Source of the DNA: Octopus vulgaris
Lineage: Eukaryota
Assembly: GCA_951406725.2 (NCBI GenBank)
Contig: OX597824.1
Span: 81,964,001 to 82,028,000 of the forward strand
DNA length: 64,000 nt
Reading direction: 5' to 3'
Each line of letters begins with the position of its first letter. The stretch's first letter is position 1. Positions 62,306-64,000 of this stretch are shown here, one piece after another. Under the pieces are notes generated by a model. The model was not told the DNA's origin. It saw nothing but the letters and a program-made list of their open reading frames with translations, and searched no databases. A program made the translations under genes and the position numbers.

Positions 62306-62728
62306 ACAGGAGTGGCTGTGTGGTAAGTAGCTTGCTAACCAACCACATGGTTCCGGGTTCAGTCCCACTGCATGGCATCTTGGGCAAATGTCTTCTGCTA
62401 TAGCCCCGGGCCGACCAATGCCTTGTGAGTGGATTTGGTAGACGGAAACTGAAAGAAGCCTGTCGTATATATGTATATATATATATAAGTGTGTGTGTAT
62501 ATGTTTGTGTGTCTCTGTTTGTTCCCCTAGCCTCGTTCGACAACCGATGCTGGTGTGTTTACGTACCCGTCACTCAGCGGTTCGGCAAAAGATACCGATA
62601 AAATAAGTACTGGGCTTACAAAGAATAAGTCCCGGGGTCGATTTGCTCGACTAAAGGCGGTGATCCAGCATGGCCGTAGTCAAATGACTGAAACAAGTAA
62701 AAGAGTAAAAGAGTAAAAAGAATGTGTG

Positions 62729-62760
<32 letters not shown>

Positions 62761-62762
62761 TG

Positions 62763-62820
<58 letters not shown>

Positions 62821-63220
62821 TAAGTATGTATGCACATATGTATGTATAGGTGCAGGAGTAGCTGTGTAGTAAGAAACTTACTTTTCAACCACATGGTTCC
62901 GGGTTTAGTCCCACTGCATGAAACCTTGGGCAAGTGTCTTCTACTATAGCCTCGGGTCGACCATAGCCTTCTGAATAGATTTGGTAGACGGAAACTGAAA
63001 GAAGCCAGTCGTATATATATATATATATGCTTATGTGTCTGTGCTTGACCCCACCAACAAGGCTTGACAACCGATGCTGGTCTATTTACGTCCCCATAAC
63101 TAGTGGTTCGGCAAAAGAGTCCGGTAGAACAAATACTAGACTTACAACGAATAACTCCTGGGGACGATTTGCTCGACTAAAGCGGCGTATCAGCATGACC
63201 GCAGTCAAATGTCTGAAACA
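62306..63220 (+). mobile_element. Two tandem full-length SINE A copies (62306-62720; 62849-63220)
   Basis: Both have the CAGGAGT(G/A)GCTGTGT head, an internal microsatellite and the GCTCGACTAAA...CAAATG tail. Confidence 0.88.
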
Positions 63221-63537
63221 CATAAATATATATATAGATATAGATATAGACATAGATAGATAAAATAGATAGATAGATAGATAGAAAGATAGACAGATAG
63301 ACAGACATATATATATATAAATATCTATTTACCAATCTATCTATATGTGTGTGTATCGATATATATAATTAATTATATCAGGCTAAGAAAAATTTTAGAA
63401 ATTTTTTACTACTAATGACCTAACGTGTAGAAAAATTAGTCAATAGATTATATACTATTCATATAAATACAGTGTACATTTAAGCACATAAGAGGTACCC
63501 TAAGATGGTTACCTCTTATGCGTTTAAATGTACACTG

Positions 63538-63873
<336 letters not shown>

Positions 63874-64000
63874 GTAATCGTTAAACTTGTGATGCAAATA
63901 TTAAGTTGTAATATTTATAGATTCCTATTTCTCTTTTTTCGTGCAGAGAAAATCGAAAACAAATAGATCGACAAGTTTGGGTGTGACACATTCGTAGGTC

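Overview
AT-rich, microsatellite-saturated eukaryotic non-coding DNA with no supportable host gene. The tRNA-derived SINE families point to an octopus genome (inference from sequence recognition, not a search). Nearly all listed ORFs are translations of simple repeats. The real coding traces are transposon relics: two Penelope-like element (PLE) GIY-YIG fragments (20992-21642 +, 28259-28956 -), a mariner C-terminus (5235-5525 -) and a Tc1 DDE fragment (53574-54030 -). The main signal is a hammerhead-ribozyme (HHR)/PLE system sitting in (TA)n tracts. It comprises (i) a 7.2-kb head-to-head insertion (25017-32259) with ~3.3-kb inverted arms made of a microsatellite-rich 3' region ending in an HHR; (ii) a 200-bp relative (47077-47276) that is a palindromic double HHR with the same arm end point and ~70-nt tail; and (iii) several other short TA-flanked HHR elements, one with a compensatory G3-C8 core. 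Two (TA)n tracts in one arm read (TG)n in the other on the element's sense strand, which is either a trace of A-to-I editing or an assembly artefact.
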